A stretch of DNA of 63,712 nucleotides, the filler included, from Intoshia linei (lineage: Eukaryota > Animalia > Orthonectida): assembly GCA_001642005.1 (NCBI GenBank). It is 5 parts of 5 records of this genome, joined end to end, with 100 filler letters (N's around TTAATTAATTAA, not from the genome) between each part and the next. Parts side by side here need not be neighbours in the genome. Positions count along the whole stretch, not along the records: positions 1 to 27,019 come from LWCA01000453.1; 4 more parts are not named here. One strand, written 5' to 3'. The translations under genes and the position numbers were made by a program. Each line of letters begins with the position of its first letter. Position 1 is the stretch's first letter. Below the pieces are notes generated by a model. It made no database searches. It was not told the DNA's origin and saw only the letters and a list, made by a program, of their open reading frames with translations. Positions 12,901-25,639 of this stretch are shown one piece after another.

Positions 12901-15900
12901 AAAAAATAAACTGTATAACTAAACATGAAAAAACAATATTATAAAGTCGGTACCACGTTTAAAAGCTCAAACGCCATATTCCGTTAAAATAGAGTTCAGT
13001 TTTAATTTCTCCATAATTATAAATTAATATTCATAATTTTTTAGTTTTTCTATTTTAAAAATACACACTTTTAATGCTAATTTTCCATCGAATTCTAAAA
13101 TTTTCGAAAAAATGTGACACTCTAATGTAAGTACACTTAAATATACAGTATTCTCTCCACAACACGCCATTAATTTAAAATATAAACTAAAAGTTGTAAC
13201 ACTATTTTTCAATTTATTTATTCAAATTTATTTATTTGTTTAAATTCTACAATTTGTATTACAGTATGTATTTACATTTTATTCCAATTTAAACTTTAAT
13301 TTAAAGGTTTTATCTGCTGTTTTTATAGTTTTAAATTCTTTATCTCGCAAACTTTATATTAATCCCAAGAATGGCGAGTTATAGAGAGAATACTGTATTA
13401 CTTGTATCAACTACATCAGGCATTCTCAACATTTTTTCGCTGTGGATCCCTAAGATGATATTACAAAAAACCTATGGACCCCCAAAAAAATTAATAATAA
13501 TGACAATTTTTAATAAATCATTAAATTTGGGTGAAACGAATGATGGTCAAAAGACATGGAGTACTCTATTTTTGCGAGGTGATAAACTTTATGAACTATT
13601 AATATTAACCTATAACCCGTCAATGTTCCCAAAATGGAACATGTTTTTCCGGTATTGTTTAGAGTACATTATTAATTGTTTATTACATATTTTATCACAT
13701 CAATAAAAAGTTTATATCATCTATCTTCCCTGTGAAAATTAATATTTTATATCCCTTGGTTGATGTTTCATAGAATCATGAATATTGACTGATTTTTTGT
13801 CCCATTTTCAATTTGAAATTTAAAGCTTTTTTATGACTAGAAACTTGGCTGGGTCATAAATTTTAATAAAATAATTAAATAAAACCGCTGCTCTTAAAAT
13901 AGAACAATGGAGATTTCCCAATAAGTTTTTAACTCGTAAGTAATTTAATTTAAAACCGAAGAATTTACTTTTACATGATTTGCACGTTTTATATTAGTAT
14001 TTCTGAGCCTTTATGTTTTAAAAACGACTTTATGTCACTGAAAATGTCTATAATATATAATAAATGTATATAATTTTCATGGACTCCCAAAAAAGTGCTG
14101 TGGACCCCGTTGAGAATGGCTGAACTACATGTATAACTTTCCAGTTTAAAAATAAAGATTTTTTTAATTAACAAATTAAATAAAATTTATAACAGTTGAA
14201 AAACTGTCTCACAATTTCTGTTTTTCAAATCTTACTTCACTTCAAATCCGACGATTACTAATTTTAGTTTTTTAAATAATCGGGAATATGCTACATCAGG
14301 GGTTGGCAACCTTTTGCATCTCGTGGGTAACTTTTTTATATCAAAAAATTATATGAGCAATGTTTTTGAAAATTTACACATAATAGATGTTGATTTTAAC
14401 TAAAGAGAAACGATTCTAGTATATTCAACAAAATAAAATCTGGGATGATGTGAAAATTCAATATTAAAATGATTAAAACGATGTTTAAAAGATAAATAAT
14501 TTACATATTTACTCAAATGGATACCAAAATTATTATGTGGGCACTGGTTTAATTTAATTTAAAATTAACCCCACGACTACATATAATATGTAGTCTGTTC
14601 AACTTTTGTAAAAAGTACTGATTTTTACTGAGTACTGGGATATGATTAATCAATATTAGTCATAGAGTACTTAGTTTTACTTTTACAGAGTTATTCGATT
14701 TTTTTATACTGAGTTTCAAAGCTCTAGTTTTAAGAATAAGACTTATTTTTGCAGCAGTGATTCTGATTAAAATGAAATTGAAAATAGCAATAAGGATTCG
14801 CAAAAAAGATTTAAACGGAAAATACCATGTCATGCACATGTGATGAATAGTGCGGTGTTTCAAAAAAAACTAAGTTGAACACAGTAGAACAGGGATGACC
14901 AACCTTTATTAACAATTTTTGAAGATCTACCAGCCTGGGGAAGACTGATTAAGCAAATAAAAAAACAAACATATGGTTATACGAATATATATATTATTCA
15001 GTTTCACATATTTAAAATATCATATTTCATATTTTAAATATAAATACATTTATTTTCTACTTTAGCGAGACACCTGTCGCTGGATGGATTCAATTAGTTT
15101 CTCATAGTCAGAGTTATCATAGTCAGGTCTGTAGCAGGTTATTGCAAGCCTCATTCAGGCCAGTAAATGGAAACCTGTCATGGTAAACCTGAATTGGCAT
15201 TTTATAATCTTCATGTGAAAAAATACAGATTCACGCAGGTAGGTTGCCCAAAGCAAGCTTTCTATAAAAAGCATATTTTCTTATATTGGGATACTTTTCC
15301 GCTAATAACTACTCCCAGAACGTAGCCATCTCGGTGCTTTTTAAGATTTCACTTCATAAATAAGCCTATTGTTAAAGGTGTGTTCAATTTACGATTCACG
15401 ACGTGTCTGAATATGAAAAGATACACTGCTCTGTCCTATATGATAATTACATCTGATTACTAGATATTAGATAGATATTATTATATTATATTATATTAGA
15501 TATTGCTAGATAGACTATTACTAGATTTATACGGTAGAAATTACAAGAATACAACTATTACACAACGATAAAGAAAAAATTTTTCTATAATCATCTCACG
15601 ATCGACTGGTGCGCAGCTCTGCACTAGAATATACGCTTGATCATTATAATGGTATATAACTTGATGTGATAATTATCATATTAAAAAATTTTATCTATGA
15701 GCAGGGAAATATTTCATAATGACCACCTCTTGCATTGATTATATTTCAAAATAAAGTGCACTTGTTGACATATGATGTAAACTGATTAAATATGGCATAT
15801 GAACTGGTATGAGTTGTAACCACTAAAGATTATCATTGCGTATTGTACCGTTGTACGTAATCTAATCTTACTAGAAACCTGAAACCCAAAGTGATTATTT

Positions 15901-16283
15901 AACTGTAAATAATATAAACTGAGATAAAATTACCGTCTAGGTAATTTTCGAGATATGAGTTTAGATATGAGCGTAGTTTTCCCAACTTTAGCACCACCAA
16001 AAATGCAAATTTGTATTGTTCGAATGTCATTTTCTTCTTCATTTGAATTATCAGCTCGAACGGGAGGCCGTCTCAATTGCTGCAAAACACGTTGATCCGC
16101 CACGTTCACACTTTCAGATCTATTGCGATAAAATCTATTAAAATGAAAGACATTTTGAGAAGTATGTTTAAATTTGGTAATCAAATGCGAGCATTGATCG
16201 TCAACTTTAAATATTTCTTTTTCTAGTTCAACTAAATCTTCATCCGAATTATCAGCTTTACTAATAATAAACGAATTTGACAT
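9967..16283 (-). CDS. Atypical Ras-family small GTPase (DIRAS/Rhes-like) with N-terminal extension, large insertion and CaaX box
   Basis: Exons 16283-15934, 11685-11591, 10748-9967 join in frame: G1 IFGGAKVGKT, G2 YVPTIEENY, G3 DTAGSCSFTAMQRL (compare DIRAS DTTGSHQFPAMQRL), C-terminus KKKPCIVQ*. Confidence 0.85.
12273..13124. mobile_element. hATm-type MITE in the GTPase intron
   Basis: TAGGGTGTCACAT / ATGTGACACTCTA termini with about 70 bp imperfect TIRs; perfect 8-bp TSD ATGTAAGT at 12265-12272 and 13125-13132. Confidence 0.8.
14890..15621 (-). mobile_element. Internally deleted hAT (Charlie/GTF2IRD2-like) element with a decayed transposase C-terminus
   Basis: CAGGG...CTCTG ends; TSD CAGTAGAA / CACTAGAA; minus-strand relic ...EKYPNIRK...TYLRESVF..MKIIKCQFRFTMT...MRLAITCYRPDY...IQRQVSR* with stops and frameshifts. 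Confidence 0.75.
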
Positions 16284-16402
16284 GTTGTCAATACACTGAC
16301 TTGCGGGGGTCGTTATAAATAATAATTTTCAATTCAAGTATATTAAATTAGATACATCAACTTGGTACAATGCTGTAAGCTGTTTAATATTCAACTTGTA
16401 TA

Positions 16403-16578
16403 TGTTACAGGCAGTTTGGAAATCCAGGCAATTTGAAAATTTGAATTATAAGTCACGTTGCTATTTAACCTAATTAATTAAAGTAAAATAAGAGATTAAA
16501 AATACACAAAATTAAATATAAATATACAATTGAATTGAATAAAAAAATTTATTATAAATTTGCAAATTTCCTGTAACA
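16403..16578. mobile_element. Ginger-type MITE
   Basis: TGTTACAGG / CCTGTAACA TIRs flanked by 4-bp TATA on both sides; left end matches the end of the integrase-bearing element at 36753. Confidence 0.7.
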
Positions 16579-16819
16579 TATATATAATCACTGATACAAT
16601 GAACATGTATCGATTGATACACCTTGTAAATTATAAATCATTTATTGTATCATCAAATCAATATTCAAGCATTGAAATAAGTAATAATTTCGAATCGATA
16701 AACAAAGAACAATTTAAATTGTAGTAGACTTGAGATTCAAATCAGTATCGATCAAGTCACATCAACCTCAATATTTCGACGCAAAATTTATTCAATTAAG
16801 TGAAAATACAATTAAAAAT

Positions 16820-17685
16820 TTAGGAAATTAGAGCATTCAAAAATTCTTCAGTTTCAATCATTTGTTTGACAATATCTAAGCCTCCAGTAAATTTGCCACA
16901 TACATATAACTGTGGAAATGTTGGCCAATCTGCATACTCTAATTAAATGCCATAAATATTTTAATAAAAAACCATTATTTATATAAGATTGTATATATCA
17001 GTACAAAAAACAAATATTATTTAGTATGTGTGCAATCAGATCAAACTTCAAAAAACGACATTTTAAAAAGGATGATTATCCGACATTTTTATTAAAGCTA
17101 AACCTCAGTAAGTTGTAATATATAGATCAACAATATTTAAATAAAATTACCCTTTATAAAAGAACGAACAATAGAATCTTGAAGAATATCATAATATGAA
17201 TATGTAACTTGATGTTTATTTAAAAGATCAACCAATTGTCTAGTGAAACCACATCGTGGTTCAGATGGAGAACCTTTAATTATAATCATTACTTTAGATT
17301 TTTCCAAAATCTTATCAATTTTTTCAAAAATTTCACTTTTAATTTTATTAGTTTTTTCAATTAGCCAATCAATTACTAGTTTTGTTTTGACATTTTGAAA
17401 TATTTTAGTATCACAATATGATGATACAAATGCTATAGCTGGTTCATTTTGAGAAAAACCTTTTAAAAGGTTTTTTGCTAGTATGTTGTTTTGTTCAATT
17501 TCAAGGCATGTGAAAAGTTTGTCACATTTCGATAAAATCATGTCATGAAGATCGTTTGTATAATTTAATGCATTTTGTGAATTTGAATCTACTCCGATGA
17601 AAAGTATTGAACCTGCGCTACTTTGGCGTATTTTCTCTAATTGATTCAATTTATTTGATGGAGAGAGCAATGTTTCTGATGGCAT
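16820..17685 (-). CDS. GLRX3: Monothiol glutaredoxin-3 (degenerate Trx domain + one Grx domain)
   Basis: Exons 17685-17151 and 16938-16820: KVMIIIKGSPSEPRCGFTRQLV...YDILQDSIVRSFIK|EYADWPTFPQLYVCGKFTGGLDIVKQM...LIS*. Confidence 0.9.
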
Positions 17686-18469
17686 CTTGATTTATTATAA
17701 TTTTAGGTTTAGCTTAAAAATTTATATTTCAAGTATTTGCTATTTTTTAGAATATTCAAAATTTAAATTTATTATAACTTTATTTGAATTATGGATTAAA
17801 TATCGTTAAAAATTTTAAGGTACAGTTTGTACTTTCAGAGCTGAACCTATTGTACTCAGAGAACCACTTCGGGTGGACTCGACGATATTATTGTAAAATT
17901 GACCATTTAAAAAATTAATTTCTTGAACATTATAACCATTTGTGTATTAAATTTAAAATGTCAAGTTAAGACTCTTGGAGAGGTGGCTAGGACTACATGA
18001 CCATACGCATCATTTGAGAACATTTTAAGGAGTATTTTTCTTTTTAGGGTGACTAGAAATTGAAGTGAGTACATTTTTCCAAAATGTTGACAACATAAAG
18101 AGGGAAGTTAACAAATAAAATAAATTTGAAATCGATAAAAACAAAAATACATTTACTAATCATCAGTTATTCTACACATGGTCGATGCGAACATCTGAGA
18201 TCCACACAAAATATTTGGGCGCAGGAAAAATTTGTCATCATTGTATGGGCAATAGTACTACAAATAAATATGAATTTAAATTTAGTCAATAGGAAATACT
18301 AAACTGTCTTTCAATGGGTGTTTCCTACAAAAATCTAATTTTATTGTATTAGTCAATCACAACTGATTTTTTTTATAGGTTGCACATCGAAAAAAGGTTG
18401 AAACTGCCTGTTAGAAATGATTTCCGACATTAAGGTAAAAATTTAATGTATTAACACAATATTTTTACA

Positions 18470-19186
18470 CTAGCACATAGCTTCTTTGGTATAATCTGGA
18501 GTAAACTTGAATTCATTTTGTTTAAAAATATATCTATCAATAGAATTTTCAGTAATATCAGCCATTCGAATAATACCACCACTAGAAGAATCTCTATAAA
18601 TAGATAAAGATATTGCTTTTTTAGCCAAATCAATACATTGCTCTTTAGTCATATTATCCTTGTAATGCGTGTCCATATAACCATAAATAAAAGTGCTACC
18701 TGAACCACCAATAGCAAATTTTTGCTTAAGACACATTCCGCCGACAGGTATAGTATAAATTTGAGGTCCATTAATTTTATCCCATCCGGCAACAATAATT
18801 GAAGCCGACATTTGATCTCGGTAATTGTAACAAAAATTTTTAAAAACTATTGCAGCAGATTTAACTAGAGGTTGATTTCCCAGAGACATTCTATGAAAAT
18901 CCATATGATAACGAACTAAATCAGCGATAGCTTGAGTATCTGCAGAAGATCCGGATCGACAACAATAAATTCTATCGCTAATGTGAGTCAATTTATCTGA
19001 AACTCGGTTTGCAACAAAACTTCCAGCACTAGTTCGTGAATCTGCGGCGATTAACACACCGCCATTGTAAGTTAATGCCATAATAGTTGTTCCAGTCATT
19101 TCTTCATTTTCCTTTGATAGTTGCTTTCCACCAATAAGTGTTTTTATAGAGTTGGATTTATCTAGAGCTGATAGAAATTTTGCCAT
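18470..19186 (-). CDS. PSMB6: Proteasome subunit beta type-6 (beta1), intronless
   Basis: Propeptide, then MTG|TTIMA, ADSRTSAG, NRVSDKLT, CCRSGSSADTQ, GGSGSTFIYGYMD, RDSSSGGIIR. Confidence 0.96.
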   Translation of the reverse strand: MAKFLSALDKSNSIKTLIGGKQLSKENEEMTGTTIMALTYNGGVLIAADSRTSAGSFVANRVSDKLTHISDRIYCCRSGSSADTQAIADLVRYHMDFHRMSLGNQPLVKSAAIVFKNFCYNYRDQMSASIIVAGWDKINGPQIYTIPVGGMCLKQKFAIGGSGSTFIYGYMDTHYKDNMTKEQCIDLAKKAISLSIYRDSSSGGIIRMADITENSIDRYIFKQNEFKFTPDYTKEAMC

Positions 19187-19365
19187 TCTATTTGTTTAAA
19201 TTAATAGCTACTTTATTATGCAATGCTCATCTCCATGTTTCAATTATTTAAACTTTATTCACACTAAAATTTTAAATTATACAAATAATTTGTTACAAAT
19301 TGATATCAAAAGTTTATGGATCACTATGGATTTATTTTATTTTGCAGATAAAATTGACTCATTAA

Positions 19366-19571
19366 CCCTTTCACTATTCAGTGAAATTTTATGTACTATC
19401 ATAAGACGTCTGGAATTTATGTTTTAAGTTAAACTTGTATTATTTCTAAATTACTTATGTGAAAATAAAAGAATAAATCTTTTCAATATTATGCAGTGTA
19501 TATCATAGAATACACAGACGTGTGAAATGAAATAGCTGTGTATAATATAGAATACACAGACAGTGAAAGGG
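19366..19571. mobile_element. piggyBac-type MITE in the PSMB6/cullin divergent intergenic region
   Basis: TTAA|CCCTTTCACT ... AGTGAAAGGG|TTAA; inverted sister copy at 20790-21004. Confidence 0.85.
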
Positions 19572-20231
19572 TTAAATTTAGAAACTCATAACTATTTTGT
19601 ATCATACCAAATGGGTAAATGGTAAATAATAAATTTTTTGAAAATTATAAAATCAATCAAAAATATAAAAGTTTAAATTTATAAATAATTCTTGATAATG
19701 ATTAATTTCAATCATATTTTTCACTAGACCCGATTTTTATACATAATGATTTACTATTTACTAATTTGCTATTTGTCACGTTTTAATTATTACGAATTGG
19801 AGTCCAACTCGTGTTATTTTCAATTCGTATTTTTCGTACTTATGGTCAGTGATCATTGGTCACTAATATATCCATAATCCCCATTATCATCATGTTGCTT
19901 ACAGATTGGGGAATCTGGACCAGACTACATTCTTTACATTTAATTTAATTGGTGTTTAATTATTTAAGGTAAATTTCTACATTTTAGATAATTGTAAAAG
20001 TCGATAAACCTTTAAAGTTTAAACTGTTGATTTTGTAGGTTGCTGTTGAGAAAATTATTTTTAACAAATAACTAAAAATATATTTGATAAAATTTGCAAT
20101 AATATTACAGTTACTTAGATATATTTTAATCTTAAAATTTGGAGCAACAATGTATTTTATCAAATGTCTAAATCTTTATTCATTTTATAAATCTTTGTGT
20201 TTAAGCGTTTATTAGTAAATTTACCGACATT

Positions 20232-23200
20232 ATGTCCCAATCCAATGTAATTTGATTTAAATTAATTAATTTTAAATTTTATAACAGATATCAAATAGCA
20301 TGAAGGGACAATGGGAAATTCTAGAGACTAATATAATTGCTGTTTTCAGAAATTGTTACGAAAAAGTTTCATTTGAAAAACTATATCATTTATGCTACAG
20401 TATGACCATTCAACAATGCAGTACAGTCATTTATTTTGGTCTAAAACACATTGTTAGACACCATATCAATGAAAATGTAATTTTAGAATAAAAATGTGAG
20501 TAACTTTTAAATTTTAAAACGTTGAACCTTATAATAGTACATAAAATATGTACAGGGCTGGCTGAAATGCTGGTATCAGTAGAATTTTTCTGGAACTGGT
20601 ACCAGCTACAACAACAGTACCAGCTAGCCATCAGCAATAGAAAAATCTTTAATAAACGACATATTTTTGAACGATATATTGATTTTACATGATAATTGTA
20701 AATAAATTTTACTCCGATTAAAATTGATTTGTAGTCGTTTACTTACCGTGTATATAAAATGGAATGTATGTGTGTTACCGTTTATTTAACCCTTTCACTG
20801 TCTGTGTATTCTATACTATACACAGCAATTTCACTTCACACGTCTGTGTATTATATGATATACATAGCATAATTATTAAAAACTTTATTATTTTTTTTCA
20901 TACATTTTCACATAGGTAATTTAAAAATAATACAAGTTTAAATTAAAATATAAATTCCAGACGTGGGGTGATGCATGATAAAATAGTATTAGACAGTGAA
21001 AGGGTTAAAAAATTGATAATGGTAGAATTTAAAAAACCAAAATTCTAATACAATTTTTTCTAGGACGTGTTTTTATCTATTTTTCAGTTTCAGAATTCGT
21101 GAAAAGAAGAGTCCTTCAGGGTAAAAATCCACATTACCCTTTTTTTAAATAAAAAAAGCCCTAGAATTTTAAAAAATACAGGTGGTACAGTTTTATCCTG
21201 TTAACACACACAAAAAATTTCAATCTGAATAAGTGACGCCTTCATGGTCAAAAAAATACTTTAATAATTATTTTTTTTTATTTCGAAACTATTTTATTAA
21301 AACAAAAAATTTGACATAATTAATGGTCGTACAATTAAAAAAAAGAAGATTATTCTGATATAGCTTATTCCATATGATATAAAGACAAAATTTCAAGCCC
21401 AGAAGTCTACGCATTCCCGATCAAAAATAATTTTTAATATATTATCAACCACTATTTTCAAATATTTCGATCAAAATAAAAATTGAAAATGTAAATATTG
21501 ATCCTACAATTTCAAAAAAAAATGTGCATTGAACGTCTACACATTTTCAATAAAGAAATATGGATGAATCTATATAATTCATTCCTTCGCAATTTTTCAA
21601 TCTTAAATTCTCATTTTCAAAACATTTTGTTTAAAATTTAAATTAAATCAACAACAACGAATTACTAAAAGTAATACAACTTTGTTATTATCAATTAAAA
21701 TAGTTATTACTTTGGTAAAAATGTAAAAGATATGATTTAAAACATTTTTCATTAAAAACCTTATTTTTTGACAAAAATGTAGATAGAACATTATAACTAA
21801 CACTGCGATTTATTACAATGCTTTGCAATGTTGGTAAAATTCATCCGAAATATGCTTTTAAAGTGCTGATTCTTTTAATTTTTGATACAAAATTGATATT
21901 TTTTGCTCAATCATTATTTATATTCGAATAAATTATCAAATCATTACCATACGCGATCAACTATGAATTTCTTAAAATACCTTACACTAATCTTTAATTT
22001 ACAATATTTAACTCACTACGGGCAAACTTGTAATTTAAAAAATCTTAACATTTCCATTTCACATACAGCAGGGGTGTCAGACTCAATTTGCTTGGCGGGC
22101 CAAATGTGAAAAAAATTATTACTCAAAAAATTATGTTAAAACTAACAGATTTAATTAATTCATAAAATGAAATATGAAACAATACAAATGGAGTAAGTGT
22201 ACAAATAATGTTAAAATTGTAATAATGAATAAATAAATTATGAAACATATATATGAAAAAACTGTAAAATAAGAAATAAAAATTTATATTATAACGCGGC
22301 CCGCACATTCCATAATTGTGGGCCGCAAATGGCCCGAGGGTTGCATAATTGACACCCCTGATATACAGTCAAACATCTATTATTCGCCTGATTAATTTAT
22401 AGATATAAACCTTCTTTACAAATAATAATTAATGCCTATAAATGTTATTAAAATTACTAATTTTTCAATTTATAATAGTATTTTTAATTTTTGCGACCAG
22501 GTGGTTACGACCAGCACATTATTGCTGCCAGTGGTACCAACATCAAACTGGTATCAGTTCAGCTGGCGCCACCCTAAATATGTACAATTTTTAAATTGTT
22601 TCATTTTATTAGGGTGATTTTGCCGGTAAGTACGGGCTTAATTTCAGACAACTCGGATGTTCATTGAAATGGACTAATTTGTAAAATTTAGATTTTCCCA
22701 ATGTTGTCTAAATGTTCATCAAAGGATTTACTCAAAACCTTCTCCATAACTTGGTCAACATATAAAAAATCAGTTTATTTAGTTTCTGATATTTTAATGT
22801 ACATGGATAACAATTACTTGTCCATTAAGAATATGGATTCTGTACAACTTCTTGCATACAATTTGTTTAAAGAATTGGTTCTCTTAAAAATGAAAGTTTC
22901 GTTATCTCAACAGTTGTTGACCCATTTTGAGAAACTTTATGCTGGAGAATTTATAGAAGCGTGTGCAGTGTAAATTTATATTTAAATGTTAATATTATTG
23001 AAATGTATTTATGGAGTAGGGTAATTTCATTTTGAACTTTTTTCTGATATGTATAAAGATATAGGGATAAATTCAATTTATGTGGAATGAGACATATTTT
23101 AATATTTATATCAAAAAAACCATATTTTTACGTTTGTCTGTTTTCCTTACTTTTTCATTTGTAAATAAATTAGCTTGTCTGCTATGTACTTAGAGCTAAG

Positions 23201-25639
23201 AGTGACTAGCTCTTCGAGCGCGGAATTTTGAATTAAAATATTGATTCCTAGTTCGAAGTTGGAACTTCGAACTTGACATGAGGTACCTCTAATTAATATA
23301 TAATCTAGAAACAATATAAAAAGTGTATGTGAAATGCTTTACGATATTGACAATACCCGAGAAATATACAAGCAATTTTTTAATAATCCATACGTTGATA
23401 TCACTGAATCTTATTTTTTAACAATATATCAAGAATTGCTACAACATCAAAATTGTATGCTATATATAAACAGAGTTAATAATGTTTTGGATAATGAAAT
23501 TAATCATGTTAATCAATTTACTCATCACATGTCGTTATTTCATGTTCAACGATTGGTGTATAAAGTCTTTCAACTTGATAAAATTGATATTTTACTCAAT
23601 ATGGAACACGGCAGTCTTTTGCAATTTTATCATGAACGCAATTATACCGGTAATATCCTTACTTATACAATATGTTATGCAATATTTGTTTGAATGTGTG
23701 TTACCGTTTATTTCAATAACTACTAGCCTGAGAAGTTTATAAAGTCCACATTTTAATTACAGTTTTTTCCGGGGTGTTACCAAAATACATTTTAACCTCC
23801 CAAACTCACATCTTACCTGTTAAAAACCCCAATTGTCCTTTTTTTGAAAATCAAATAAGTTGGAGAATTTAAAAAAAAATATATACTCTGAACGGATTTT
23901 AAAATCATAAATATTATCATAAATTTAAATTTAAAAAAATATATCTTCAGGGTCAAAACCCCAAATTACCCTTTTTTTTAATGAAAACAACCCTATAATT
24001 AAAAAAATGTACAGGTGGTACAGTTGTATCCTGTTAACACACACAAAAAATTTTAATCTGAATAAGTGACGCCTTCACGGTCAAAAAGGATTTTAGTATT
24101 TATATATTTTTTTTCCGAAATAATTAACGGTCCGAAAATTTAAAAAAAAATTATTCTGATACAGCTTATTCCAGTTGATATAAATTCAAAATTTCAACCC
24201 CAAAAATCTACGCATTCCAGTGAAAAATAATTTATCAACCTTTATTTTTCAAATATTTCGATTAAAATAAAAATTGAAAATGTAATTGTTCCTACAATTT
24301 CAAAAAAAGTGTGCATTGAACGTCTACACATTTCCAATAAAGATATAATAAAAATCTATATAATTCGTAATCGATATAATATGATTGATAACTTATATAT
24401 TTTTAGAATTATCAAAAATTTACAACTATGTGACGTTATTTAAAAACAAAGAATTTCAATCTTGTACCTATAACCCTCTTGAAATTTTTGAAATGCATTG
24501 TCACAAAATGTTGAATGATGAAATTTCTAATATCGATTTAAAAGTTATAAATTTTGAAGAAAAAATGACTGCTTTAGAGGTTTTAATAGTACATTTTTTA
24601 TTTATATTAAATTTATTTGTAGAATATATACGATTTCTTGTCAGCTTTCAAAATTATGACGACTAAAGTGTTTGTTGATTATAATGTAGAGTTTTTAAAA
24701 TCCAACATTGTTAATTTTGTGAATTCGTTTGGTGGTTTGGAAGAGTGCATTGCAATGTTCATTTGCAACAATATTTCAACTTTTGTAATATATTTATTTT
24801 ATATTTGTTAATACGGCTATATTAATCAACACTGTTATTGGTCCAAGTCCGTGTTTCTCACTTTTTCCATTGGGCTCACTTGAAATCATTTAAAAGATTT
24901 TGGCGTACAAAAAATGACAAAATAGGCAAAAATTTTTATTTGTTGTGTTTTTATTACTGAAAATCTTTACTATACTATAACATTTTATAAAGTAAAAGAT
25001 GTAGATTGAAGAAAAAAATCTGCTGTAGCTGATCGTTTGTGAAATGGTAAACCGTTTCCAATGTTTACCTTTAAAATTTAATTAATATAAATGTTATTCT
25101 TCTTTTTAATTCACGATCCGAACAAGACCTAATGGACCATGTCACAGAACTCTAATTGGGACCACTGGTCTCTACAATGTGTAATGTCTTGTATTAGTGT
25201 AGTTTCCTTGTAATTTTGAATGATAAAGATTTTATATGGCCTTTACATGAAAATTGGGTTCATATTATTCAATCCGTAGGGTCGATGGTCGGTTTGGAGT
25301 TATATATTCGAGAATGTGCTTATAATTGAATTAATCCTGAATTAGAATTACTTGTTTTTTTTGATCAAGTATATGTATCAATTTTTTATCCGAAAAAAAT
25401 TTATTACGATAGAATTTTATAGTTTTCCAGATGATTATTAATTTTGTTTATTATTTTATTTATGTTTTTAGGATACCGAAGATGGTCAGTTTTTCCTGGA
25501 TATTATATTTATTATACTACCTCACCTTCACAATAAAGATGTTTTTAATCATTATTACCAAAAATTTTTATCTAAAAAACTCTTGTCTGAAAAATACGAA
25601 TTTTCTCAAAATGATAAATTATTTGTGAAAAAATTATTG
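20232..25639 (+). CDS. CUL3: Divergent cullin-3-like protein, N-terminal part (3' exons not found before the spacer at 27020)
   Basis: Exons 20232-20246, 20288-20476, 22692-~22960, 23309-23649, 24407-24579, 24623-24784, 25472-25639 join in frame. Motifs VSFEKLY, SDILMYMDNNY, NIKSVCEML and NKDVFNHYYQKFLSKKLL correspond to CUL3 LSFEELY, RDILMYMDRVY, AIRNACQML and EKDVFERYYKQHLARRLL. Confidence 0.8.
20553..22576. mobile_element. hAT-type element carrying nested Helitron, piggyBac MITE (20790-21004) and hAT MITE (22069-22360)
   Basis: CAGGGCTGGC / GCCACCCTA ends with perfect 8-bp TSD AATATGTA; inner CAGGGGTGTC / GACACCCCTG with TSD ACATACAG / ATATACAG. Confidence 0.75.
23656..24365 (+). mobile_element. 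Helitron, 5' part, in a cullin intron
   Basis: Starts A|TCCTTACTTATA 6 nt after the splice donor; shared core CCTGTTAACACACACAAAAAA...GAATAAGTGACGCCTTCAC. Confidence 0.7.

Noticed and set aside
17862-17876. Small GC-rich hairpin CCACTTCGGGTGG as an ncRNA
   Set aside because: Stem too short, with no other ncRNA features nearby.
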